This document shows, piece after piece, positions 47,962 through 62,542 of a stretch of 64,000 nt of DNA. Made by a program: the position numbers and the translations under genes. This DNA is from Anolis carolinensis (taxonomy: Eukaryota), in NCBI RefSeq assembly GCF_035594765.1, contig NC_085841.1:259624525-259688524 (forward strand), given 5' to 3'. How positions within the stretch are numbered: position 1 is the stretch's first letter; each line of letters begins with the position of its first letter. The notes under the pieces were generated by a model, which did no database searches, was not told the origin of the DNA, and worked only from the letters and a program-made list of their open reading frames with translations.

Positions 47962-50900
47962 CTAAGATAACACCTCTCTAGCAATTTCTGGATTCTCCAG
48001 TGTGACTGAAGGAGGTTGACCACAGGCTCCTTATACACTGCCATATAATCCAGTTCTGAGTAGATAATCTCGATTATATATGCAATGTAGAAGGGGCCAA
48101 GGACTCACTGGAAAACCTTGAAATTCCTTGAGAGAACATTTGAATAAAATCTGTGAATAATAAATCCTCAAAAGTCAAAGCTGCAAATGTTGTGGGCTGA
48201 TCATATAAGGCATTGTATGCTACCAATATTTTACATTTATTTCTGGAGTTAACTAGTATAGCCAGTAGGGAATTCTTCATCCTTACAGCAATAGATGTAT
48301 GATTAGGGCCCCATCTGTGTATCTCAGAATCTGATCTCAGATTATTTGCTTTAAACTGGATTATATGAGTCTCCATTGTCAGATAACCTGGGATAAGAAG
48401 ATAATATGTGTAGAAGGGGCCTAGGTTCCTGACTAGGTTGCCTTATCTAACAGAGCTTCCAAACTGTGTGTCACAACATGTTAATGTGTTGGCTGCAGTG
48501 TGCACGTATGCCACAGCAATGTTACAGGAAATAACAAAATATTGGAAATATATGTTACTATCTTATAAATTGTGTATTTTAAATATATAAATGAAAGGTT
48601 TGATGAGATATGTTGCATCCCCAGACATTTCATTATTACAACTTATGTATATTTCCATGTCTCCAATTGGTTAACACAGGCATTACTGGCTGTGAGGAAT
48701 TGTGGGAGTTGAAGTCCAAAACACCTGGAGGGCCGAAGTTTGCCCATGCCTGGGTTAACACCTCCAATATGCTAGTAAAGCTGATTTACCGTGTTGCAAA
48801 ATGATGAATGTCTAAAAAATGTGTCACCAAAACAAAATGTTTAGAAAGCTCTGCCCTATCGCTTTCAGACACACACTACTTTCAAAATAGTTATATTTGA
48901 CTTTAATTTAAAGTTAGGCTGCTGGCACTTGCCTGATTCTTGAGTATTTCGTTTCAACACAATCTAGTCTGTTTAAGGTTGTTTTGCTAAACCTTAGACA
49001 ACATTATCAGGTATTTCTGTTACTTGAGCAAGAAGAACCTCTTTGTTTGTTTTTTGCAGACCGAGCAATGCCGAAGATGGTAAGCCTCATGAGGCTGGAA
49101 GAAGAATCGCAGAATCTATGGAGACAACTTCTTGATAATGTTGACAAGACAGACTTTTTGTGGATGGAGGAGATTCTTGAAGAGGCGCAAAAGATGTTCA
49201 GCAGGTAAAATCTCACAATATGCTGGGAAAGGTGCCAAAAGCAAATATTTGGTTCTTTATATGTGTTGAAACTAACTGTTCCAAAACTGAATGAAAGATT
49301 GTCATCCTGGATATATTAGCTTTAAATCAGAGAAACTAAATCCTTTCTAAATTGTAACTAACTGAAATCAATATTTTTCTTACTGGTATTGGTGGTCATA
49401 AGAAAACAGACTGGTTTGTAACTGAATTGTTTTTAATCAGTCTAGAGGCATAATCCTAAAACGTTTAGCTATGCAGCCTCTAATTATATTTCATGGAATT
49501 ATATATTTTGGTTGGTACTTTCTATTCACATTGCTTATTTGAAGGCTGAGGCCTCATCAAGACACTCCTTTTTAAGGACTATTGTGATCTTACGTTATGT
49601 TTTTTTATATGCTCAATTTTATGAAATATGAATATCATATCTGATGGCTGAAGAAATGCAAAGTATAATGCCACCAGATGTCTGTCCCTTAGACCAGGGC
49701 TTCTTAAACTTTTCCATTCATACTCCCTTTTGCCTGATAAATTTTACATGACTCCGGGTATATAGGTATATATAAAATAAGTATGAAAATCTAACATTTA
49801 CTGATAAGAAATCAGCATTTGTAAGGTTTGCTAAACAGGCTGATTTTCCTTTTTATGAAGTACAGCTGACGCATCTGCATAGTCCACTGTAAACACTGCA
49901 CAATAAATTTGTGTAAATGTCAAAAATAGCTACTATGTGGTGTTCAGAAAACTTATTGTTTCCAAATTTTTCAGTACCCCAACATTGAACTAAAGGGACC
50001 CCATTTGGGACCGGGAGCCACAGTTTAAGAAGCAGTGCCTTAGACTATGTGCAGAAAGCTTTCTCAAATTATAGATGAGTTTGGGTACATTGCCCAGGTC
50101 AGGAAACAGATAAGTATAGGTAAACATATTTTGGGTTCATCTACACACTGACCATTCACAGGATGGCATGGAGGAGCAATCCACCATGATTGGTTTAACC
50201 CCTGCATTTCACCCAGGAAAATCTGAGGTAACCCTTTACTGCGCTGCAGAAGATTTCAATTTTTCCACATTCCAGGGCAAAATTGGTTCCGCAGGATGCA
50301 TTGTAGACACCTGGTCTTGCTGACATGCTTTGTAGGATTTGGAGTGAGGGGTTACTTAAAAATGCCTTAAAGGCATGCCTGGCTAGCAGCGGAGCTATTT
50401 GACCAGGGAGGGATAACCTCCTGTGCCTATGGAGCGCTTGTAAGTATGTTTCTCTGCACTTGGAACACACACAAACACACACACAATGAGCAAATTGAGG
50501 CCAGAAACATACTCACCTTCCTGGGCTTAAAATAGTTCCATACCTTTCAATGTAATAACCTCCACAGCAAAACCATTTCCAAGATGCATTATAGTGTCCA
50601 TGTATGTGGGCCCTTTGTTTTTGTAATACTGTATATCTAAATCTGAAATGCATCTTTTGTTACTGAAGTGTGTTAAAAATTGTAGCAATGGCCTAGGATT
50701 GTCCTGAAGGTGATTTAGAATGACGGCGTAATATCTGTCATTTTAACCAGAAGCTACTCAGGTTGCTCCTGACACGGAAAAAAAACCCTGTCAGCATGGC
50801 TCTTGATCTGCAGAAGATATTGTACCATAGAATAATAGCCAGGACACATGATTCTGGCCTTTTCAGTCCTGCAACTTTTCATGCATGGATTGATTTTCAA

Positions 50901-53900
50901 TAAGAAATAATTTAGCCATCTGTAACATGTGATAGATTATTTGTTCATTAAACAGCCTGGGCAAAGGCAATAACAGGCTGGGATTTCAACTGTTAATGTT
51001 CTTATGTGTCTATGCAGCAGCTTCAATGGCAAACAGTTGCTGATGCCCAAAACTCCATCACAGAAAAATCGCCAGAAAAAGAGTCGTATTTCATCTGCTA
51101 AGCACGACCAGTTTGTCAAAAAGAGGTAGGGTGGAATATTATATGGAGGTCAAGTTGACAATGAGTGATGGGATAATTTACAATTGACATTCTAAGTTGA
51201 CATTTGGGGAAAATATTGAGATTGGAAGAAAGCCGGCATCATGTAATGCTTGAGTGTTAAAAAAAAAAAAAAGGTTCTTGAACAACCAGAGTTGGAATCT
51301 TCGCTTGTTCGTGGAAACTCACTAGGTGCCCTTGGGCAAATAACACATTTTCAACCTCAGGAAAGTAATGGCAAACTCCTTTTGGGGGAAAAATGTGATG
51401 GGGCCACATCAGTTACCCACACAAATCAGTGCTTCTGAAAACAACTGGGAAACTTTGTACAGATTTATTTGGATACCAAAGCTTAATGCTCCATTAAGAT
51501 TCAACTGCACACTGAAAATTCCAGGTTCTGATCTATCTGAAATTTCTTTGACCTTAGAAGGGTTTTGAAGCTTACCTGCTGTCTGCAGTGAATTAAAAAT
51601 TCTTCAATATATCTACTATCTTTTCTGAAAAGAAAAGAAATAAAGAAGAAACAGTGATATAAGATAATGGTGCAACTGCCTGTCCTTTAAATATCTTGTT
51701 TTACATGTATAGAGCTTTCAGACATTAACAAACTACCAGTTTAGTTCTCCATGCATCAGATATCATGTGCAGAAGAAGGCAGTAATGGAAAGCCTCATTC
51801 AAGTCTATACAAAATTTCCCATTTTGATCATAGTGAGATTTACGAGTGATGTGTAATGTGTGAGGTTGTGGGTTCATTATCATGTTGGGACTGACAACAG
51901 CAGGATTTTGTTAAGTTTCATATTGAAACATCTATCAGTTCAATTAATGAAAAATGTATCAAAAACTTCATGTAGATAAATAGAGAAGTTGGTACTTCTC
52001 CAAGATCTTCCAGGGAGGCCCTCCTCTCACTTCCATCTTCCTCACAATTAGGTCTGGTGGGGACGAAAGAGGGGGGCCTTCTCAGCCATGGCCTCCAGAC
52101 TCTGGAAATCCCTCACCAGGGAGATTAGGTTAGCTCCCTCGCTTTCTTCCTTCAGGAAACAGTTAAAGACCTGGATGTTTCAGTTGGCCTTTGGTTAGAC
52201 AGTCATTAGATAATCAGTCCCAGATGGTATTATTCTATCCTGTATTTTATTAGGTCCTTATTATCTATGCACTTAACTCATTATTTTATTCTTGCATTGC
52301 TGCTCCAGTTTCTCCACCTAAGTAGATGATAGAACTGCGCCTGGTGGTTGACTGATAACTATCAACTGTTTTAGTATTCTTGTTTTATACTGTATTACTG
52401 TATTTATCTTTTATACTATGAATTGTATTTATATTGTTGTTTATTTTGTCAATGTTGTTTGGGCCTTTGCACCATGTAAGCCGCCCCAAGTCCCCACGGG
52501 GAGATGGTGGCGGGGTATAAATAAAGTTGTTGTTGTTATTATTATTATCTCGTAATATCTATTAGCTTTACTTTTCAGTACACTTGTACCCTATCATTTT
52601 TCTGACAATGTCTTCCTTTTATTAGATTATCAAAAAGAAATGGTAACCAGGCAAGTCTGCAACATGAAAGAGATCTGACTATTTTTGCAGAGAATATATC
52701 ACCTTGTTGCCGTGTGACTAGGTCTCGTGCTGCCAGGTCAGCCAGGACCTCAGAAAATTCTGTTCAGAAAGCTACTGTTCCTTTAGCTAAAGGGAGAATA
52801 GCACTAGTGGAAATTAGTGCTAATGAGAGGCACAGTGCTGAATTGCACTTTAAAAAAACACCACCCCCGGAAAAGAAGGTTTCACTGAGCATCCCATTGT
52901 CATCTCAAGAGACCTCTACAAACAGAGAGCAACCTCTGTCCAGAGTTTCTTTGATTGTGATCCCAGATACCCCTGAAGCACAAATAAAAAAAGAGGAGCG
53001 AGGAGCTTCCAAGCTGAAAATTGCTAATGGGTCAATTGCCAAAACCACTAAAAGTAAAGAACCCATCACAGATGAGAAGACTGCATGTGCTCAACAACAA
53101 GAGAATTGTCAACCTTCTGATATGGAAGTCAAGTTGAACCTCAGTGAAGATCCATGGACACCCCGAGTACCAAAAGAAAAACGTCAGTCAGTGCGGCGAA
53201 GCCTAATGGGTAGGCCATCCCTAAAATGCAGCACCTCTTTGGTTGCACGGTGCTCACTAAGTGCCAAAAGGAAAAGAGCTGTCCAGAAATCTATGTTGAA
53301 GCGTAAAGCATCCCAGCAGTCATCCAGTGCTTCTGGGCACCCAAGCTGTAAGTTTGTACACCATGAGATAGTATTACTTTTCTTCGCTCCCTCTATTTTA
53401 TCTGCCTGTCCATTGATGTGTTGAATCAAAATGTTGGGAAACTGAAATTATTATTATTATGTTTTAAGTAACCATGGATTTTTCAAGGAAGAGAATCCTC
53501 GTGTTAAAATATCTGTCTCAGTTCAAGGTCTTTGAAGCACTTTCAAAAGTAGAAAAAAATGAGGCCTGATAAATAGAGAAAGTCTTAATTTTTGGCAGGT
53601 TTGAGTGAAATGTGTGCATTTAACTTGCTGCTGCATTCTGCAACATAATGGGAACCATTAGATTTCACAGCATTCACATTCTAATATTCTAGAGTGCTAA
53701 TAAGAAACATGAATTAGGATAAGATGTGTTAGAGGACAGAAGTCTTTTTGAAATAGGAATCCACCTACTGATCTATGATTTCAGAATAATCACAGTTTGT
53801 GATATATAATTTTTATTAAATGATTTTATATCAAGTGTACAGGGAAAGAGTGAGAACATAATTTATAGAAAAGTCCAGAAAAGAGTAGAATAGATAGGGA

Positions 53901-56900
53901 ACTACATCTAGAAAAAGAATTAGAATAATCACAATTTAGTCATATTTTCTACTGCAGCTTGCTCCATTCAAATTTCTCTCAAGAAGAGAGGTCTTAATCT
54001 AAGTGATGGATATAATGTGTGTGTAAATTAGGAAGAAAGTTGCTGGGTTTTTTTTCTAATTGTAGAGTTGTGTCCATTCACTAGTCTTGGAAAATATTTT
54101 CTTTTCTTTCAATTGGACCTTTTTTGTGCTTAAAAGCATTGTGACTAGCGTTGTAATCAAGATTCTACAGATCAAGAAAACAAATGTTTAAGTCTGTTAC
54201 TAGTTTATTTTGTGTTTCCCTAACTTCCATCGGTTTTTTGGTTGGAAATTTAGAAAATTAGCATTTTGTTTCCCTTTTGGGGAGGACAGAACATCCAAAC
54301 TGGATTGATTTGCTTGCTTCTCTGGAGGCATAAAACTGTGAGGTCACTCTAGCCCAGGGGTCCCCAAACTAAGGCCCGGGGGCCGGATGAGGCCCTCCAA
54401 GGTCATTTACCTGGCCCCCGCCCTCAGTTTTATAATATAATATTTTTATATCAGTTTTAATAATATAAAATATTGTATATACATATAATATTGATAATAA
54501 TCTTATGTTATACAATATAATACTAATAGTAATATCATATAATAATATTAATTATCTGTTATATATTACATATTATATAATAGTATAGTGGTATAGTTCA
54601 ATATAGTAATATATAATGCTAATATTGTGTTAAGCTAATAATATAATATATTGTATGTACATATAGCTGCTCTGAGTCCCCTTCGGGGTGAGAAGGGTGG
54701 GATATAAATGTAGTAAATAAATGCAATAAATAAATAACTAATTTTAGACTTAGGCTTGGCCAAAGTCTGACATGACTTGAAGGCACACAACAGCAACAAC
54801 AACAATCTTAATTAACTTGACTATCTCATTGGCCAGTAGAAGGTCCACACTTTCCATTGAAATCCTGATATGTTTATGTTGGTTAAAATTGTTTTCATTT
54901 TTAAATATTGTATTGTTCGTTTGTTGTTGTTGTTGTTGTTGCACTACAAAGAAGACATGTGCAGTGTGCATAGGAATTTGTTTGGATTTTTTTTTTCAAA
55001 TGATAATTCGGCCCCTCAACAGTCTGAAGGATTGTGGACCGGCCCTCTGCTTAAAAAGTTTGGGGACCCCTGCTCTAGCCCCTTCTACATTGCCATATAA
55101 AATCCAGATTATCTGTTTTTAACTGGATTATTTGGCAATGTAGACTAATACAGTCCAGTTCAAAGTAATTTATGTAGATTATTGGATTTGATAATTTGGA
55201 TTATATGACAGTGTAGAAGGGGCTTCTGTAGGCAGAATACTCCTACTTGCCAATTCAGTTTTGTCCCTGCCTTCTCTCTATTGGCATGTTGTGGCTAGTC
55301 TCCGCTCTGCCCTTTTACTTTATTTGATTTCCCTTTGTTCTATTTCCTTTCTATCCTTTCAAAGGAAACCTTTTCTGCGTCCGCCTCTCTTGAGTAGCCT
55401 TTTAAAGGTCTTTTTCTTAGCCTCATTCATTCACCCCCTTCCTCCCTCATCTGTCTGGGTTGCTACATGGATAAGGAAAAATAAGTCTATATGTGGAGTT
55501 GTTTCCTAAAAGTACCAAATCCATCTGAACACATTTTACAGGAATTAAAACCACATACTGAGGATATGCATTCTTTTGCTATAAATTCCTTTTTCCAAGC
55601 CCTGTATAGTAGTCTCGCTTATCCAAAGTAAATGGATAAATAATAAATTAATAATAATAAATAATAATAATGGATAAATAATAAATGGATAATAAGGAGA
55701 TATTAAGGAAAAGCCTATTAAACATTAAATTAGGTTATGATTTTACAAATTAAGCACCAAAACTTCGTGTTATACAACAAATTTGACAGTAAAAGTAATT
55801 CAACATACAGTAATGCTATGTAGTAATTACTATATTTACGAATTTAGCACCAAAATATCACGATGTATTGAAAAATGCGTTGGATAATCCAGAATGTTGG
55901 ATAAACGAGTGTTGGATAAGTGAGATTCAGGGCCGTAGCCAGAAAAAAATTTCAGGGGGGGTGTAAATTTGGGGAGGGTGAACCCCTAGCACCCCCCACC
56001 CCCGCTACAAACCTGTCAATATCTGCTGGAGATAGTGCCTGGAGGGGACTCTTAATGTTTTGCGTCTCATAGATTTAGCATGGGGATTTGGTTAACCAGT
56101 TAAAATTCATGAGTAAACCAGATTTTTTTTTAATAACCTGAAAAATTTCGGGGGGGGGGGGAACCCCTAAATCCCCCCCCCCCCTCGCTACAGGCCTGGT
56201 GAGACTCTATTGTAATTTGATATATGCTCATAGTTTTGAGCTGTTCATAACATTTTACACTCCTAGCCAACAATGTGCTGCAGTCTGTAACTCATTTTCC
56301 AATTTATTTGGATTTGATACCATTGGGAAGCAAACTCCACATATGAGTTTCTTGTGTTTTTCTTGCATAGGCCAATGTGGTCCAACCTTTAGTTACCCAA
56401 GGGCCAATCAAACTTTAGTATAGGAATTTGAAGGCCAGAAACATTCCAGAAAGTAAACGAATTCTTAAAAACTTAAAGCAGTAAGAAGGGTAAACGATTT
56501 TTTTTCCAAATGTTAAATTAAAATATTTTTCCAGTAAAAAGGGCAAGGGCCAATAGAAATGAATTGGTGGGCCGCATGTGGCCCGTCGGTTGGACCACAC
56601 TGGCTATGATAGAAATGAACATATTTATGTTTCTTGACCTATAGCCCCAGCAGCTGTGCATTCAGAAGATGAGGAAACAGCAACCGAATCTACGTAAGTT
56701 GACTAAAATTTTCAGATTGTATCTAAAGTCTACAATAAAACTGCTGGCAACATTGTTCTCCCCTCTTTGCAGCCTTTTCAAGCCAACTCCCCAAGCTGCA
56801 AAAGCAGAATCACTGGGCTATAAGAGGGAGGGGGCTAAAGAAATGTGCTGTTGGATAAACTAACATCTGCTTGTGCACTGCTGAATGTAATCCGTTGACT

Positions 56901-59900
56901 TCTGAGAGTTCCAAATTCCCACATGAAAACAGGACAGCTGTTGAGCTTTTATAGGGCTTTGTGTAGTCTAATACAGAATGTGGGTAAGAGTTTAGCTGAC
57001 AACGCTGGTCACTTCATTTCATTGCGTTAATGTATTTAGTGACAGAATGATAAAAAGGAAATAGTACTGTTTTATTTATATATTTATGTCTTATGTTTTT
57101 TCTCCCTAGGTCAGAGCTAGATCCCTCTTCTGATTCTCAAGGGGTAAGTTCTGAAAAGAGGTAAAGTAAAGCCTAAAGATATAATTCTATATTGTACCTC
57201 CTTACCTAGAAGAATCAGATTAATCTAATCTTTTTAAAAATAAAATAGAATTACAAGCTTGGTAGATGAAGGGAGTTCTATGGCTATAGCATAACTTGAT
57301 TTCAGTAAGGCCTTTGACAAGGTTCTCTATGATATTCTCATGAAGAAACAGTAAAACGTGGGCTAAACAATGCTTCCCAATGCTTCCTCATCATCCTGGA
57401 AAGAAGTGACTAGTGTGGTACCACAGGGATCTGTCCCGGGCTATGCTATGGAATCATGGGAGTTGTAGTGTTGCAAAGTCTTTCCTCTTCTCTGCCAAAG
57501 AGTGCTGCTGTCTCACCAAACTACAAATCCCAAGATTCAGTGGCATTGAACAATGGCAGTTAACATATCAAATTCCATTCATTCTATGCATCCTTGGACA
57601 CAGAGCAACAGTTTCAAATTGAGAAAAACACGCCACCTAAACATTAGAAAGAATTTGTTAGAGTTGTTCAACAGCAGCATTTGGACTCTCAGAATATGAT
57701 GGAGTGGTTTAGGAAGCTGGGTATGTTTAGCTTGGAGAAGAAAAGGCTAAGGGCACATGTTAGCCACCTTTCAATATTTGAAAGGCTGTCACATTGAGGA
57801 TGTGGCAAGTCGTTTTCTGCTGCTTTTGGAGACTAGGACATGAGCAATTCATTCAAAATTCAGGAAAATATTCTGCCTAAACATTATGAAGAACTTCCTG
57901 ACCTGGTTGGCAGTGGAATATGCTGCCTCGGAGTGTAGTGGAGTCTCCTTCTCTGGGGGTTTTTAACAGTCTGGGTGGCCATCTGTTGGGAGTGCTTTGA
58001 TTGTGTCTTGCTGCGTAGAATCATAGAATAATAGATGGCAAAGGTTTGACTAGTCTTTTCCAAGTATGATTCTATGATCATTATTGGAACAGGATTCATT
58101 TCTAAGTTGATACACATAGGTTTCTTCTGTCAAAGGCTGCTTCTTTAAAGGTGGCAGGCAAATATTCTACATAAATAAAATTATGGTTGAGTAGCAGGGA
58201 CGATACCTGAAATCCACAGGTTACATTGAGCCTAACAGGCCATTTGTCCTGTTCACTAGAATTGCTGTATGGGAGTCATACAGCATTTGAGTATTACAGC
58301 TATCAGAAGTTCTCTTCAATAAACTGTGCTGGATTGGGCTTCTGGGAATTGTAGTTCAACAAGCATGAAGACTACGTCCGCTCTTGGGCAGTAAATAATC
58401 ATATGACAAAACAACTAAACTAGAAAACTCTCCTGAAAGAGTGTTTAATATTTCTTTCTTTTTTAAGGTTCCTTGCATTCTTAATTTAAGAGTAAAATTG
58501 TTTTTATAACAAGTTTTGATCTGTCATAAGATTGTGTTTAACTATGTTTCACTTTATATGGGGCTATGCTGAGAATGTGTTTGCCTTACAGCATGCTATT
58601 GAAACCATGAGGACAACACCAAATTCACAGAAGGCCAGCATGACTGCAAATCTCCAGGCTCAAGAAGATCCGCAAAAAGGAGAACACAAGGGTCAGTGGA
58701 TCAGGAATAATGGAGTTCACTGAGTAACGGAGAACTACAACTTGAGTTAAAAGAGCATCTTTAAGGAAGGGGAAGCTTGATATTTCCTAGAAGATGCTGG
58801 TTTGATAGTTAGGGGAAAGGATACATGTTGTTCACAGCTAGGACACAGATGGCGGATACACAGCCTTGTACATGTTGATCAGGTACTATTTCTCATCATT
58901 CCACATTTATATTCAAGCTGGCTGCTGCTGATGAGAATTGGAATCCACTGGTAGCCTTTAATTGTAGAATCTTGACTGAGTACTTACCTTGTTCTTGAAG
59001 TTGACTATGTAAAATGGAGCCAGTTGCTGTCTCAGCTGAAACTTTTGCAGAACTTTTTAAATCAGTGTGGACTGCTATGAATTCTAGAAAGAGATAGATA
59101 AACATGTAATAAAATCTCTACTATCATGTTTCACTAGGAAATAGTAATACTTTTCATTCCTTTTTTCTGGCTGAAAAGGTGAGTGTGTGACTATTGATGC
59201 CCTGGGTTCCCCAATTTGTTTTTTTTTAACTGTCTTACCTCTGAGACAAAGAAGAAGGGGGGAGATATCAGTGCTTGATTAAGCAAGGAAAGGGTGAAAA
59301 AAACCATTTTGGGACCCAAAAAGGGGTGCAAATATTATAGAATCAGAGTTGGAAGAGACCACATAGGCCATTTAGTCCAATCCCCTGCCATGCAGGAAAT
59401 GAGCACTCAAAGTACGCTTGACAGATGGCCATCCAGCCTCTTGTTTAAAAGCTTCCAAGGGAGGAGCTTCTACCACAGTCCGAGAAAGAGAGTTCCACTG
59501 TTGGACAGTTCTCTTGGTCAGGAAGTTCACCCTAATGGGTGAATCTCCTTTCCTATAATTTTCTCAGACTCATTGCTCTGAGTCCTGGTCTCCAGGGCAG
59601 CAGAAGACAAGCCTTCTCCTTCTCCTTTATGTCAGCCTTTCAAATGCGGTAAAATATGGTATATGCCACCCAAATAATAGAGGAATAACTGCACTGAGCC
59701 TATTCACTTCCTTCATATACATAATCATAACTCATATATTTGAATATGTAACTTAATCAAAATTCAATTCTATTTATGGGTGAATCAGTTTTTAGGATTG
59801 CATCTTCTAAACATGGCATTGATCTGAATCTTCAGAAGTGGATGAACTGTTTTTCCCTTTATAATGTTTGCTAACATAAAATGTGTTGCTGGTTTTTTTT

Positions 59901-62542
59901 TAAGTAATCGTAGCCCAGTTGCTTTTCTTTGTTTGCCTTATAAACACTTAGGTAAAGGGATTAAAATAAGTTTTTTAAAAACCTCTGTAAAATAGTAAAT
60001 TATAAGCATATCTGTCCTGGTAATTACAAATGTTCATCGTCTTGATGATACAGTTTTCACCTCATGCTTTTATCACATAAAATAGTTCAGTGACCAGTAA
60101 CTGTAGTTGCTTTTCTCTATGCAGTGGGCAGCCCTGAAAAGAGTGAAGAAATTCGAAAACCATCCCAGAACGTTGGGTATGTTGTCTGTTGGGTCTTTTG
60201 ACAAACTTCATGACCAGTATTCTTTTCTTAACCTTGGTATATTTACTCTTGTATCTATTGTTTGTGTATATGCCTGTGCATCACCTATGAGTAAGACTAC
60301 CAGACCATTTCTATTTGTTTGTTACTGGGAGCAGGAACAAAGCTTCATTGCTTGTTATCTCACATGAGTGACAAAAAGAGTGACCCAGTCATACACAGGT
60401 TCAAAGTGTTGGAAAATAAGATGAATGGAGGTACAGGGAAAGAAAAGAATGGGAAAAAACATAAAATAGTATTCCTCTTTGTAGTTGAGGAAGGGAGAAT
60501 TTTCAGGCTGGGTTACAAATAAGAGATAATGCCAAATTAGGTTCATGGATTTGAATCCCCTTCTATGTAAGGGAGACTTGGCTCCTTCTACACAACTGTA
60601 TAAAATCCACATTGAACTGGATGATATGGCAGTGTGGACTCAGATAATCCAGGACCCTTCCACACAGCCATATAACCCAGAATATCAAGGCAGAAAATCC
60701 CACAGTATCGGCTTTGAACTACACATATGCCATATATTCCTGCTCAAAGCAGATAATGTGAGATTTTATTCAGCTGTGTGGAAGGGGACCCAGTTCAAAG
60801 CAGATATTGTAGGTTATCACTAAGGGCCCTTAGTGAAATCGAGATATATCCTTGAGCTGACATCTTGGTTGGGTTGCTGACCTGAAGGCTGCCAGGTTCA
60901 AATCCAGAGAAGCCTCCCACAAGGATGGTAAAAACATCAGGGTGTCCCCTGGGCAACATCCTTGCAGACGGCCAATTTTCTCACTCCAGAAGCAACTCCG
61001 GTTGCTCCTGACACACACACACACACACACACAAAAGCTGACATCTTGCCTAAGGATTCTTTTAAGCCCCTTAAAGGACTCAGAAAGAAGCCAAGGGATG
61101 GAAGATGCGTGGTGCTTTCAAGAGGACCGATGATAGAATATTGTACTGGTGTGTTCTGTATAATGAGTCCTCCGTTAATTTTTATATACAAAACTAAATT
61201 TACAGGAGACAAGCAAGTTATAAAAGAGCGCTTGGTGATCTAGAGGATGAACAAGAGAAGCTCTCTCCACCAAGAAAAAAGGTTCCGTCTCCTTACCTTG
61301 CCAGCAAGGTGAGACAAGTATTGTATCCTAGAGAACATGTTAAGTTTATTAATGGTTTCCCAAGGACTGATTATATTTTGTACTCTTTAGGTTGTCCGGC
61401 CATTCAAGACATTCTTGCACACAGTGCAGAAGAACCAAATGCTTATGGGAACCCCAAGCTCTGTGAGCCGAAGCTGTACAGTAAAATCATTCCTCAAGCA
61501 AAACACTCCTTTAAGGACCACTCCCCAGGTAACATGAGATCTTTTTATAGGTGGAAAGGGGGGAAGAGCAGCTTCTGAACTAAAATTTACCTGCTCAGGT
61601 GTAGTGCAGGGGGAGAAAGTAATAATAAATATGCAAATTGTCAGGGGGATTCTTGGTATGGATGGGAGGACCAATCCACAATGCCTGGGTTTTCCCTACA
61701 TGCCAAACCTAACTAGCAGGAGCTCAATGTTCTTTTTCTGTTTTCACTATTATGTTTTTTCATCATTAATAATCTTGCAAAAGTCTTCAGACTTGACAGG
61801 CATTTTTACATCCGTTTCATTTAAAATTTATTTATTTATTTACCCCATTTATACCCTGCCTTCTCCACCCCAAAGGGGACTCAAGGCAAGGTTACATATG
61901 GCAACCATTTGATACCTCACACATACAAATAAGCTTAAAATAGGATTAAATAAAAACAATTCATATTAACGTTTAAAAACATTACATTAATATTAAAAAA
62001 GATCAATGAAAAGGGTTGGGGGTGTATGCAAACAAATGCAAAATTACTGTGTTTTGCCCTTTTAAAGAAAAACTTGATTGGGTTTAGGGACCCAAGGGAC
62101 TGAATGATGTTAAGTGCTGGCATGAGACAGTGTGACAGAATAGACAGGCAAAGGGACTGATTAATTTTATTAATATTTTATCTATTTATAAGACCAAATT
62201 ATCAAAATATGCACATTGATTTGAACTATTTTATCTTACCATTAAGATTCTGGCGTGTTTGTTTAATTTGCAGACTATGTATTCAGTATCCCAGCATAAG
62301 TCTCTTGAAAGTGGTGAAGTCCATTGCTGCTTCTTGGGTTAACAGAATGGTAGTACAGGTCTTATGAAGTGTAGGTAAAGGTACAGTTGACCCAGCAAAG
62401 CTTTATGGCAATAGGGTGGAATGCTAGATGCAAGTCTATTTCGGTCATATTGTTAACAATAGATATCGAGTTAACAATACGATTCACTTTTCAAAGGTAT
62501 TAACTATATCATAACTTTCTCTTCATACAGGGAGGGTTTGTT
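45117..62542 (+). CDS. INCENP: INCENP copy C, exons 1-11 (3' part beyond window)
   Basis: Exons 45117-45135, 49060-49204, 51018-51125, 52626-53347, 56645-56693, 57110-57143, 58592-58691, 60125-60176, 61206-61308, 61391-61528, 62531-62542; no coding difference from copy B seen. Confidence 0.93.
54355..55072. mobile_element. Non-autonomous Charlie-type hAT element, 718 bp, private to copy C intron 4
   Basis: Perfect 16-bp TIRs caggggtccccaaact / agtttggggacccctg; perfect TSD ctctagcc (54347-54354, 55073-55080); single empty site at 19574-19581; 718+8 equals the 726-bp offset jump. Confidence 0.97.
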
